Assembly (NCBI RefSeq): GCF_014652375.1
Contig: NZ_BMYR01000015.1
Location: 1-24,000 of the forward strand
Direction: 5' to 3'
Source of the DNA: Alishewanella tabrizica
Lineage (GTDB): Bacteria > Pseudomonadota > Gammaproteobacteria > Enterobacterales > Alteromonadaceae
DNA: 24,000 nucleotides
Every line of letters begins with the position of its first letter. Positions within the stretch are counted from its first letter, which is position 1. Shown here one piece after another: positions 15,651-24,000 of this stretch. Made by a program: the position numbers and the translations under genes. Below the pieces are notes generated by a model that worked only from the letters and a program-made list of their open reading frames with translations, did not search any database and was not told the origin of the DNA.

Positions 15651-17474
15651 ATGGCGTCTCTGTTAAGTTCCGAGGAAATGTTAAAACCTGTTGCCATGCT
15701 AAGTTCTGAGGAAATTTTCCGACAATTAGCCGATGTTTTGGCGCAAAGTGGTTATCCGAATTTTTTACCCTCCTTAGTGCAGCGGGTGGCGGAGATTTTA
15801 GCGGTTGATTACTGCTTAATTGCCGAAACCAGTTCTGATCCTGCGCAAGCACAAACCCTTGCCCTGTGGGGACAAGGCAAGCTACTCGATAATATTCGCT
15901 ATCCTTTAAAAGGGTCGCCTTGTGAAACTGTGCCCGAGCGCGATCCCTGTTTATATTCGCAGGGCGTTTGCCAAGCTTTTCCAGAGGATCAGTTATTAAT
16001 TGATTTAGGAATTGAAAGCTATTTAGGCATGCCTATTCTGACCAGCAGTGGTAATAAGCTGGGCATTTTATGCATTATGACAACCTCGCCTCTGCATTTG
16101 CCGGACATTGGCCGCGAGGTATTACGTATAGCAGCAGCACAAATTGGGGCAGAATTAGAACGTACGCAAAGTGCCCACTTTATTCGTAAACTTACATACC
16201 GCGACACTGTAACGCAACTGCCTAACCGTGCACATTTATTAGAAACGCTGCAAAACTGGCCCCATACGGGTACTGTCACGTCGGCCTTAGGTATCGTGCT
16301 CGTTGATATTTGCCGTTTTAAAGAAATTAACGATATTTTCAGTTTTAAAATTGGTGATGAAGTATTGCAGGCCGTGGCACAACGTTTACGCACCGCTTTA
16401 CCTGAAAGCTGTTATATCGCGCGATATTCAGCCGATGAATTTGCCTTAATTACCCCTATTAATTCAGCGCAAGAGTTACAACTGGTATGCCATAGCGTGC
16501 AACAGCTGTTTGTGGCTGCCCTGCATTGTGCCGGCAAAGCCTTTATGCTGGATATAAATTTAGGCTGTGCTATATCTGGCTTGGCTGAATTAAACGGTGC
16601 CGAGTTATTGCGTTTTGCCAGTATTGCCTTGGCTGAAGCAAAACAAAGTGGCCAAGAGGTGAAGTTTTTTGAACCTGCTATGAGCCAAGCCTTAAATCAA
16701 CGGCAAAAGGTACTGGAAAAGTTTCTTGTTGCCTTGCGTACCGAGCAATTGAGTTTACATTATCAACCCCAATTTGAACTGGCCAGTGGCGTATTATCAG
16801 GTGCTGAAGCTTTATGTCGTTGGCATGATGCTGAGTGGGGCTGGATCAGTCCGGCAACGTTTATTCCGCTTGCCGAAGAGCGCGGTTTAATGCCGGAGCT
16901 AGGTAATTGGGTGATGCAAACCGCCTGTCGGCAACTGCGCGCATGGCAAGCACAAGGCTGGCAATTGCCAGGACGTTTATCGATTAACGTGTCGGCGCGC
17001 CAGTTAGAGAGCGAGCATCTGATCAGTGAGTTTACTCGGTGTAGTAGTGGTATTGCTCCTGAACAGATTGAGCTGGAATTTACCGAGTCGCTCATTATGC
17101 GTAATCCGGAACAATCGCTGCGTTTAATGGCTGATCTTGAAGCCATGGGGTTTTGTTGGGCGATAGACGATTTTGGTACCGGTTACTCGTCATTAGCCTA
17201 TCTCACGCGGTTTCGGGCGACTACCTTAAAAATTGATCGGGCTTTTATTAGCAATATTCCTGGCGATCATCACCATAATATGGTGGTAAAAACCATTTTG
17301 GCGATGGCCAACAGCTTAAATATGATCACCATTGCTGAAGGGGTAGAAACGGCTGAACAAGCTGCGTATTTACAGCAATTAGGCTGTGATCGTGCACAGG
17401 GCTATTGGTTTGGTAAACCCGTGAGTGCTGCGGATTTTGCGCAAACGTGGTTGGCTAAATCTACCGTAAAATAA
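15651..17474 (+). CDS. GAF - degenerate GGDEF (SADEF) - EAL protein; predicted c-di-GMP phosphodiesterase
   Basis: 607 aa. The GAF-like N-terminus includes VDYCLIAE...SYLGMPIL...GILCIM. In the GGDEF domain the signature reads RYSADEF. The EAL domain carries EALCRW, INVS, ELEFTE, DDFGTGYSSL, KIDR, EGVE and QGYWFGKP, so the catalytic set looks intact. The start codon is uncertain because none of the ATGs at 15651, 15678 or 15696 has a well-spaced SD. Confidence 0.9.
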   Translation: MASLLSSEEMLKPVAMLSSEEIFRQLADVLAQSGYPNFLPSLVQRVAEILAVDYCLIAETSSDPAQAQTLALWGQGKLLDNIRYPLKGSPCETVPERDPCLYSQGVCQAFPEDQLLIDLGIESYLGMPILTSSGNKLGILCIMTTSPLHLPDIGREVLRIAAAQIGAELERTQSAHFIRKLTYRDTVTQLPNRAHLLETLQNWPHTGTVTSALGIVLVDICRFKEINDIFSFKIGDEVLQAVAQRLRTALPESCYIARYSADEFALITPINSAQELQLVCHSVQQLFVAALHCAGKAFMLDINLGCAISGLAELNGAELLRFASIALAEAKQSGQEVKFFEPAMSQALNQRQKVLEKFLVALRTEQLSLHYQPQFELASGVLSGAEALCRWHDAEWGWISPATFIPLAEERGLMPELGNWVMQTACRQLRAWQAQGWQLPGRLSINVSARQLESEHLISEFTRCSSGIAPEQIELEFTESLIMRNPEQSLRLMADLEAMGFCWAIDDFGTGYSSLAYLTRFRATTLKIDRAFISNIPGDHHHNMVVKTILAMANSLNMITIAEGVETAEQAAYLQQLGCDRAQGYWFGKPVSAADFAQTWLAKSTVK

Positions 17475-17603
17475 ACCCTTGGTTCCACAAAGTTGTCGTA
17501 ATTTTCATTTCTTTCGCCTTGTAATCCTATAAATGTATTGCGCAGCGGTGCGTTATTTTAACGTGCCTTAGGCACGGCTAATCGCAAGTTACCGCTACGC
17601 TGC

Positions 17604-17632
17604 TTGAAAACATACAGTCATGTATGTATATT
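17604..17632 (+). promoter_or_regulatory. Sigma70-type promoter TTGAAA-17nt-TATATT, with the palindrome ACATACA-GTCA-TGTATGT filling the spacer (candidate AcrR/TetR operator)
   Basis: The -35 element is at 17604-17609 and the -10 element at 17627-17632. The 7-bp inverted arms are at 17610-17616 and 17621-17627. The half-site resembles the TACATACA / TGTATGTA arms of the E. coli AcrR operator as I recall it. It lies about 55 nt upstream of the acrA-like start. Confidence 0.6.
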
Positions 17633-17685
17633 GCTGCAACATAATCTTCGCTATTCAACTTTCCATCTTTCTTCAGGGGCAACCT

Positions 17686-18816
17686 ATGCGTAACAGCATA
17701 TTATTTCTGCGTAATAGCAGTATTTTCGTGATCGCGTTAGCAGTATTAAGCGCATGTAGTGAACCCAGTGCACCCGCTGCTGTTGTGGCACCGACACCCG
17801 AGGTAAGCACCTATCAGATTCAAGCCAGCACGGTAGCGTATACGTCAGCGTTACCGGGGAGAACGACCGATTTTCGTCAAGCTGAAATTCGGCCACAAGT
17901 CAGTGGCATTTTACAAAAGCGCTTATTTACCGAAGGTCAGCAAGTGGCTGCGGGAGATGTGCTGTATCAAATTGATCCCGCCACTTATCAGGCGGCGTTA
18001 GCCACCGCCGAGGCAAATGTGAGCCGGGCGCAGGTTACATTAGCCAATGCAAAGCTGCGTCATTCGCGTTTACAAGGGTTGCTCAGCACGCAAGTCGTTA
18101 GCCAACAAGATGTGGACGACGCTAATGCGGTTGTCATGCAAGCCGACGCTGATGTTAAAGCCGCTTTAGCACAACGCCAAACCGCACAAATCAATGTGAA
18201 CTATACCCAAATCAAAGCCCCCATTTCTGGGCAAATTGGGCGGTCGATGGTCACCGAGGGCGCATTACTTACGGCAAATCAGGCAGAAATTTTAGCCACA
18301 ATTCGCCAATTAGATCCCATCTATGTCGATTTAACGCAATCTGGCAGTGAATTGCTGCAATTACGCCGTCAATTTCCAGAGGCGCAGCAACACGCTGTGG
18401 CGGTGTCGCTGACCTTGGATGATGGCAGTGCCTATGCACAAACTGGAGAGTTGCAATTTTCAGAAGCCAGTGTCGATCCCAGCACCGGGATGATTACGTT
18501 AAGAGCCGTTTTTCCTAATCCTCAGGGCGAATTACTACCAGGGATGTTTGTGCGGGCCAGTTTAGCGCAAGCACAGCAAGCTGATGCCTTATTGGTGCCA
18601 CAAACCGCAGTGATTCGAACGCCAAAAGGGGGCGCGAATGTGATGGTGGTGTCGCCTGATGGTACGGTTGAATCGCGGCCGGTAACGCTGGGGCGAATTC
18701 ATGAGCAATACTGGGTTGCCGAGTCAGGTTTAAGTGCCGGCGAGCAAGTGATTGTTGCCGGTTTACAAAAAGTGCGGCCAGGTATGCAGGTAAACGCTAC
18801 CCCGGTTCAGGAGTAA
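17686..18816 (+). CDS. acrA: RND efflux periplasmic adaptor (membrane fusion) lipoprotein, AcrA/MexA family
   Basis: I start it at the ATG at 17686 (GGGG 6 nt upstream), giving MRNSILFLRNSSIFVIALAVLSAC, which contains a lipobox. The 17620 start in the ORF track lies inside the predicted promoter. YTSALPGRT, EIRPQVSGIL, coiled-coil A/Q-rich hairpin, INVNYTQIKAPISGQIGRS and LLPGMFVRA are typical of the family. Confidence 0.9.
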   Translation: MRNSILFLRNSSIFVIALAVLSACSEPSAPAAVVAPTPEVSTYQIQASTVAYTSALPGRTTDFRQAEIRPQVSGILQKRLFTEGQQVAAGDVLYQIDPATYQAALATAEANVSRAQVTLANAKLRHSRLQGLLSTQVVSQQDVDDANAVVMQADADVKAALAQRQTAQINVNYTQIKAPISGQIGRSMVTEGALLTANQAEILATIRQLDPIYVDLTQSGSELLQLRRQFPEAQQHAVAVSLTLDDGSAYAQTGELQFSEASVDPSTGMITLRAVFPNPQGELLPGMFVRASLAQAQQADALLVPQTAVIRTPKGGANVMVVSPDGTVESRPVTLGRIHEQYWVAESGLSAGEQVIVAGLQKVRPGMQVNATPVQE

Positions 18817-18819
18817 GCT

Positions 18820-21800
18820 ATGGCGAATTTTTTTATTAATCGGCCAATTTTTGCTTGGGTAATTGCCATTGTGATCATGTTGGCGGGCTTACTCTCGATT
18901 AAGCAACTGCCAATAGAACAATATCCGCGCATTGCGCCGCCAGCGGTCACCATTTCAGCCGCCTATCCTGGCGCTTCTGCACAAACGGCCGAAGACGCAG
19001 TAACCCAGGTTATTGAACAAGCTATGAATGGCTTAGATAACCTGATGTATATGTCGGCGCAAAGTGATTCCTCGGGCAACATCAGCTTAACCTTAACCTT
19101 TGAAACCGGCACCGATGCCGATATTGCACAGGTTCAGGTGCAAAATAAATTGCAACAAGCCTTGCCGTTACTGCCACAAGAAGTGCAGCAGCAAGGGGTG
19201 CGTGTGGCTAAATCTAATGGTTCTTTCCTGATGGTGGCGGCCTTTATCTCCAGCGATGGCAGCATGCAGCGTGATGATATTTCTGACTTTGTGGTCGCGA
19301 ATATTCGCGATCCGATCAGCCGTACGGCGGGGGTGGGTAACGTTACGGTATTTGGTAGTCAGTATGCGATGCGGATCTGGCTAGATGCCGATAAACTGAA
19401 TCAGTTTGGCATGACGCCTGCCGATGTCACGGCCGCAATACGCATACAAAATAATCAGGTAACTGCAGGACAACTCGGCGGCACACCTGCGCTGCCAGGT
19501 CAGCAATTTAATGCGGCAATTTTGGCGCAAACCCGTTTAACCAGTGCCGACGAATTTGCTCAAATTTTATTACGCGTGAATCAAGATGGTTCTACGGTAA
19601 GGTTGGCCGATGTGGCGCGGGTAGAGCTGGGCGGCGAAAGCTATGCGAATAATGCCCGTTTTAATGGTAAAGAAGCCACTGGCTTAGCGATAGAAATGGC
19701 CACCGGTGCCAATGCGCTGGATACGGCTGCTGCGGTGAAGCAGCGTTTGGCTGAGCTAGAGGCATATTTCCCAGCAGGGTTGGAAATGGAAATTCCTTAC
19801 GATACGACTCCCTTTGTAGAATTATCGATTAGCTCGGTAGTGAACACACTGATTGAAGCCGTGATCTTGGTTTTTTTAGTGATGTATTTGTTTTTACAAA
19901 ACTTCCGCGCCACGTTAATTCCTACCTTAGCAGTACCAGTGGTGTTATTGGGTACTTTTGGGGTGATGGCGGCGTTTGGCTTTACCATTAACACCCTAAC
20001 CATGTTTGGTATGGTGCTAGCCATTGGTTTGCTGGTAGACGATGCCATTGTGGTAGTCGAAAACGTAGAGCGGGTGATGACCGAAGAAGGGCTATCGCCC
20101 ATTGAAGCAACCCGTAAATCGATGGCACAAATCACCGGTGCTTTGGTTGGGATTGGTTTAGTGTTGTCGGCCGTTTTTGTACCTATGGCCTTTTTTGGTG
20201 GGGCCACCGGCGCTATTTATAAACAATTTTCGATTACTATCGTAACCGCCATGGCGTTATCGGTATTAGTCGCCTTAATTTTTACCCCGGCGCTTTGTGC
20301 CACCATGTTAAAAGCAGGACACGGTCATCAACCGAAAAAAGGCTTTTTTGGCTGGTTTAATCGTGGATTTGATCGTAGTAACACGAAGTATCAGCGTGGC
20401 GTAGCAGGCATGTTAAAACGGCCGGTCCGCTCTATGTTGGTATACGGTGCTATTGTTGCCATTATGGCCGTAATGTTTATTCGTTTGCCAACCTCGTTTT
20501 TACCAGAGGAAGATCAGGGCATTTTCCTAACCATGGTGCAATTGCCAACGGGTGCCAGTATTGAACGTACTGATGCGGTACTTGCTAAGGTGACTGAACA
20601 TTATCAACAAGACAACGCGGTTATTTCTGCTTTTACGGTCAGTGGTTTTAGCTTTGCAGGCCGTGGTCAGAATGTGGGCTTAGCCTTTGTGCGGTTAAAA
20701 GACTGGTCTGAGCGTGGGCCGGAAGATAGTGTACAAGCCGTTATTGGCCGCGCCTTTGGCTTTTTCTCCACGGTAAAAGAAGCGCAAATTTTTGCTTTCA
20801 ACTTGCCGCCCATTGCCGAGTTAGGGCGAGCAACCGGGTTTAATCTGTATTTGCAAGATCGCGCCGGTTTAGGGCACGACGCCTTACTGGAAGCGCGTAA
20901 TACCTTGCTAGGTAAGGCAGCGCAACAGCCTAACTTGATGCAAGTGCGTCCGAACGGCATGGAAGATGCCGCGCAATTACAAATTGAAGTGGATCAACTG
21001 AAAGCACAAGCCTTAGGCGTGTCGTTAAGTGAAATTAACCAAACCTTAGCCATTGGGTGGGGCTCGTCTTATGTTAACGATTTTGTTGATCGTGGTCGCG
21101 TGAAAAAAGTGTATGTACAAGCCGAAGCCGAGTTTCGGATGACACCGGAAGATTTAACCAAATGGTATGTTCGTAACAATCAAGGCGAGATGGTCAATTT
21201 TGCCAGCTTTGCCACCAGCCATTGGCAGTTTGGCCCACAGCGTTTAGAACGATACAACGGTGTGGCCGCGATGGAAATTCAGGGGGAGCCTGCACCTGGC
21301 GTAAGTTCGGGCGATGCCATGGCCACCATGGAACAGTTAATTGCACAATTGCCGGCAGGGATTGATTTTGAATGGACGGGTACATCGTATCAGGAAAAGC
21401 TTTCCGGCTCACAAGCACCCGCTTTATATGCATTATCTATTTTAGTGGTGTTTCTATGCTTAGCAGCGCTGTATGAAAGCTGGTCGGTGCCGTTTGCGGT
21501 AATTTTAGTCGTGCCACTGGGGATCTTTGGTGCGCTCTGTGCGGCGTACATGCGCGGCTTGGGTAATGATGTGTACTTTCAAGTGGGCTTACTTACAACC
21601 ATGGGTTTGGCCTCGAAAAACGCCATTTTGATTGTGGAGTTTGCACGCGATTTACAGCAACAAGGCAAAGAGTTGGTCGCGGCGATTTTAGAAGCAGTAC
21701 GGTTACGTTTGCGTCCAATCATTATGACGTCGATGGCCTTTTCGTTAGGGGTGTTGCCGTTAGTGATTAGCTCAGGTGCGGGGTCAGCCAGCCGGAATGC

Positions 21801-21957
21801 TATTGGTACAGGCGTGTTGGGCGGCATGATTTCCGCAACGGTATTAGCGGTATTTTTAGTGCCTATTTTTTACTATGTGGTGATGCGGGTATTTGCGGTT
21901 AAAGCGACCACTGCGTCTGTAAATGCGCAGCCTGGCTATTCAGAAAAGCCTGAGTAA
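18820..21957 (+). CDS. acrB: RND multidrug efflux inner-membrane transporter, AcrB/MexB (HAE1) family
   Basis: 1045 aa. The N-terminus [23 protein letters not shown]...[20 protein letters not shown]...[20 protein letters not shown]...LPQEVQQQG is nearly collinear with E. coli AcrB as I remember it. The start is 3 nt after the adaptor stop. Confidence 0.95.
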   Translation: MANFFINRPIFAWVIAIVIMLAGLLSIKQLPIEQYPRIAPPAVTISAAYPGASAQTAEDAVTQVIEQAMNGLDNLMYMSAQSDSSGNISLTLTFETGTDADIAQVQVQNKLQQALPLLPQEVQQQGVRVAKSNGSFLMVAAFISSDGSMQRDDISDFVVANIRDPISRTAGVGNVTVFGSQYAMRIWLDADKLNQFGMTPADVTAAIRIQNNQVTAGQLGGTPALPGQQFNAAILAQTRLTSADEFAQILLRVNQDGSTVRLADVARVELGGESYANNARFNGKEATGLAIEMATGANALDTAAAVKQRLAELEAYFPAGLEMEIPYDTTPFVELSISSVVNTLIEAVILVFLVMYLFLQNFRATLIPTLAVPVVLLGTFGVMAAFGFTINTLTMFGMVLAIGLLVDDAIVVVENVERVMTEEGLSPIEATRKSMAQITGALVGIGLVLSAVFVPMAFFGGATGAIYKQFSITIVTAMALSVLVALIFTPALCATMLKAGHGHQPKKGFFGWFNRGFDRSNTKYQRGVAGMLKRPVRSMLVYGAIVAIMAVMFIRLPTSFLPEEDQGIFLTMVQLPTGASIERTDAVLAKVTEHYQQDNAVISAFTVSGFSFAGRGQNVGLAFVRLKDWSERGPEDSVQAVIGRAFGFFSTVKEAQIFAFNLPPIAELGRATGFNLYLQDRAGLGHDALLEARNTLLGKAAQQPNLMQVRPNGMEDAAQLQIEVDQLKAQALGVSLSEINQTLAIGWGSSYVNDFVDRGRVKKVYVQAEAEFRMTPEDLTKWYVRNNQGEMVNFASFATSHWQFGPQRLERYNGVAAMEIQGEPAPGVSSGDAMATMEQLIAQLPAGIDFEWTGTSYQEKLSGSQAPALYALSILVVFLCLAALYESWSVPFAVILVVPLGIFGALCAAYMRGLGNDVYFQVGLLTTMGLASKNAILIVEFARDLQQQGKELVAAILEAVRLRLRPIIMTSMAFSLGVLPLVISSGAGSASRNAIGTGVLGGMISATVLAVFLVPIFYYVVMRVFAVKATTASVNAQPGYSEKPE

Positions 21958-21972
21958 GCGTCACCATTTACC

Positions 21973-22046
21973 GCTAGCGCGCTGCGCTAGCTTAAAAGTT
22001 TGTACCTTTGCCAGTCTGTATGTTTCGGCGTCAGGCTGGCTTTTTT
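21973..22046 (+). terminator. Two hairpins after acrB. The second is followed by TTTTTT (intrinsic terminator) and overlaps the 3' end of the convergent acrR
   Basis: 21973-21991: gctagcgc-gct-gcgctagc. 22010-22040: gccagtctg-[13 nt]-caggctggc (one G-U pair), followed by ttttttat. Confidence 0.6.
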
Positions 22047-22648
22047 ATGCCTTGCAGTATCACATCGATATAGGCGGCAGCGTGTGTTAAATCACAAAAC
22101 GCCGGTTGTAATAAATGTTTGCGAATTAAGCCGCCAATATACGCATGGATGGCACCAGCTGTTAAATCGGGATCAATCCCATCCTGTAACATGCCTGCGA
22201 CTCTGGCGCGTTGTAAGGTGCGGCTTATTACGGCTGTGGCGGCCCGATCTAATTCTTCTTGTTTCGAGACAGCGGGGTTTAATTCATCCATATATTCACA
22301 GCGGTGAAATATAATGGATAACACCCGATGATAGCGTTCGCTATGGGCTATCATTAGCAGCGATTGCACGAGGTGATCTCTAAGTTGGGTTAGTGGATCG
22401 CCCTGCGGCTGAGCATCTAACTCACTGAGCATTTGTTGAAAGGGCAAACGAATACGTTCTAGCATTGCGCCAAATAAGGCCGATTTGTTGTCAAAATGCC
22501 AATAAATTGCGCCTCGAGTAAGACCTGCAGCACACGCAATTTTTTCAAGGGTCGTGCGTGACACCCCATGTAAATAAAACATGTGTTCCGCTGCATCTAA
22601 AATTTGTTCGCGGGTTGCTTCTGCTTCTACTTTGGTTTTACGTGCCAT
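22031..22648 (-). CDS. acrR: TetR/AcrR-family transcriptional repressor
   Basis: 205 aa. The N-terminus MARKTKVEAEATREQILDAAEHMFYLHGVSRTTLEKIACAAGLTRGAIYWHFDNKSALF closely parallels E. coli AcrR (MARKTK..ETR..ILD.A...F...GVS.TSL..IA.AAGVTRGAIYWHF.NKS.LF). Confidence 0.9.
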   Translation of the reverse strand: MARKTKVEAEATREQILDAAEHMFYLHGVSRTTLEKIACAAGLTRGAIYWHFDNKSALFGAMLERIRLPFQQMLSELDAQPQGDPLTQLRDHLVQSLLMIAHSERYHRVLSIIFHRCEYMDELNPAVSKQEELDRAATAVISRTLQRARVAGMLQDGIDPDLTAGAIHAYIGGLIRKHLLQPAFCDLTHAAAYIDVILQGIKKPA

Positions 22649-22727
22649 AAGGAAGTTATCAATACTGCTTTAACAAAACGACGTTACCGCTAGTTTAGCA
22701 TGGTTTGGTAATATCATGCCTTAACCA

Positions 22728-24000
22728 CTAAATCATGATCCAGCCCGATACGATAAAGGCCAGTAAAGCAAATGCGCCACAAAACAGCGCATAGGGTAAT
22801 TGTGTTTTCACATGCTCAAGTAAGTCGCAGCCTGCGGCCACTGAACTTACGGCGGTGCTGTCGGAAATAGGCGAGCAGTGATCACCAAAAATACCGCCGC
22901 TAAGAATCGCCGCCAATACTAAGGGGGCCGGTAAGCCAAGGAGCATCACCATGGGTATTCCTATGGGAATGAGAATCGCGAAGGTCCCCCAACTGGTGCC
23001 GGTGGTTACTGACATTAATGATCCCGCTAAAAATAACAGCGCGGGAATTAAAAAGTGTGGGATGTTTTGATCTACCATGCTGGCAATCACCGCACCCGTA
23101 CCTAATACTTTTAAGCTGGTGCCCAGTGCCATCGACAACAATACAATCGTCACCACTGGCAACAGTTCAGCAATGCCTTTAAAGCCAATGTTCACCAGCT
23201 CTTGATGTTGAAAACGGCGGCTAAACAACATCATGCTGTACGCCACTAAGCAGGCTAGCACGGTTGCGTATAGCACCGATTTTGAGCCTGAACCTTGCAC
23301 TAAATTACCGTTGCCGGTAAATAACATAAACGCCACCATCGACAAGACCAGTGTTAGCAAGGGCACTAGCATGTAACTTGGATGCGAAGCAGGTGTTTCA
23401 ATCTCGGTGGGGGCAGTATGCTGCTGCATCTGTTGCTCAGAACGACGTAACGCGCCATACACCTTGCCTGTAATCACGGTATACAACACAACGGCTAGCG
23501 TAAATAAGGCATAAAAATTTAATGGAATACTGCCCAGTAATACTGATACCGCAGGCATAGGCAAGTCATAGCTGCTAAGCAAGCCCAGCACATAAGCGCC
23601 CCAACCGTTAAGTAATATAATGATACAAATAGGTGAGCTGGTGCTATCGATAATATAAGCTAATCGTGCACGGCTCATGTTAAATTTATCAAATAAGCCG
23701 CGCATACTAATGCCTTTGGTCAGCGAGCTTAAATTAGATTCAATAAAGGTAAAAAAGCTGATCCCAAAGGTCAGTAAACCGGCCTGACGAGCGGTGCGGG
23801 CAATGCCTTTGTTAACCAAAAAAGTGACTGTCGCGGTGACCCCGCCGGAGTAACGCACATAGGCCAATAAGCTACCGACTAACAGCGAAAACAGTAAGAT
23901 CCGCGCATTACCGGCATCGGCGGTAACCTCAATAATCCGTTCAATGGTTTGAATACTGCCGGTAAGGAGCAGGCCTGGGCCAAGGTGTTGTCCCTGTTGG
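22728..24000 (-). CDS. Na+/H+ antiporter NhaC-family (IT superfamily) membrane transporter, 5'-truncated by the window edge
   Basis: Polytopic protein with ARLAYIIDSTSSPICIIILLNGWGAY and GDHCSPISDSTAVSS segments. I translated the frame upstream of the ORF-track start (23867, really a TTG) and found no stop up to position 24000: ...QQGQHLGPGLLLTGSIQTIERIIEVTADAGNARILLFSLLVGSLLAYVRYSGG. The gene therefore continues beyond the window. Confidence 0.65.
   Translation of the reverse strand, partial: QQGQHLGPGLLLTGSIQTIERIIEVTADAGNARILLFSLLVGSLLAYVRYSGGVTATVTFLVNKGIARTARQAGLLTFGISFFTFIESNLSSLTKGISMRGLFDKFNMSRARLAYIIDSTSSPICIIILLNGWGAYVLGLLSSYDLPMPAVSVLLGSIPLNFYALFTLAVVLYTVITGKVYGALRRSEQQMQQHTAPTEIETPASHPSYMLVPLLTLVLSMVAFMLFTGNGNLVQGSGSKSVLYATVLACLVAYSMMLFSRRFQHQELVNIGFKGIAELLPVVTIVLLSMALGTSLKVLGTGAVIASMVDQNIPHFLIPALLFLAGSLMSVTTGTSWGTFAILIPIGIPMVMLLGLPAPLVLAAILSGGIFGDHCSPISDSTAVSSVAAGCDLLEHVKTQLPYALFCGAFALLAFIVSGWIMI

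Noticed and set aside
15488-15709. 73-aa hydrophobic ORF in the long intergenic region
   Set aside because: It sits in an AT-rich leader, has no SD, overlaps the phosphodiesterase start by 59 nt and contains one of the 17-mer repeats. This is more likely regulatory DNA. A small membrane peptide cannot be fully excluded.
16400-16450. GGDEF domain of the 15651-17474 protein acting as an active cyclase
   Set aside because: The signature reads SADEF instead of GG(D/E)EF, so cyclase activity is unlikely. The domain is probably regulatory.
19797-21827. Four minus-strand ORFs (19797-20207, 20667-20960, 21194-21433, 21579-21827)
   Set aside because: All are antisense within the highly conserved acrB-like gene and contain no recognisable motifs. 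They are shadow ORFs.
22000-22314. + strand ORFs 22000-22314 and 22119-22307
   Set aside because: They are antisense to the well-conserved acrR-like gene.
1-24000. CRISPR arrays, tRNA/rRNA genes, prophage or classical defence-system genes (restriction, Cas, Abi, TA, retron and similar)
   Set aside because: No regularly spaced repeats, cloverleaf-like segments or defence-type domains were seen in any ORF. The only mobile-element trace is the transposase tail at the left edge.

Overview
This window looks like chromosomal DNA from a Gammaproteobacterium. I infer that from the AcrA/AcrB/AcrR and HemN homologues, the lipoprotein boxes and the sigma70-type promoters. I support about 17 protein-coding genes and found no rRNA, tRNA or CRISPR array by eye.

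Gene order, left to right:
- the 3' tail of an IS5/IS1182-like transposase, cut by the window edge
- an HDOD-domain signalling protein
- a periplasmic thioredoxin plus CcdA operon (a split DsbD-like pair, minus strand)
- an AraC regulator, divergent from a four-gene operon at 3854-7509: DinB-like protein, NRDE(TANGO2)::acyltransferase fusion, OlsB/GlsB-like GNAT N-acyltransferase, and a radical-SAM-like protein with no Cys cluster
- a membrane GGDEF cyclase
- a large alpha/beta-hydrolase lipoprotein
- a visibly more AT-rich secreted S8 subtilase
- hemN, with an FNR class-II-like promoter
- a small, highly charged periplasmic protein
- a 494-bp intergenic region holding an orphan strong terminator and 17-mer repeats
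- a GAF-GGDEF(degenerate)-EAL phosphodiesterase
- an acrA/acrB-like RND pair with a palindromic operator in the promoter spacer
- a convergent acrR-like TetR gene
- an NhaC-family antiporter gene that runs off the right edge

The most interesting candidate system is the AraC-linked operon at 3854-7509. It looks like an aminolipid (N-acyl amino acid / acyloxyacyl lipid) pathway. Its O-acyltransferase is fused to an NRDE/TANGO2 domain and is translationally coupled to a DinB-like protein. I do not know this architecture as a described system.

All functional calls come from reading motifs in the translated ORFs. No database search was run.
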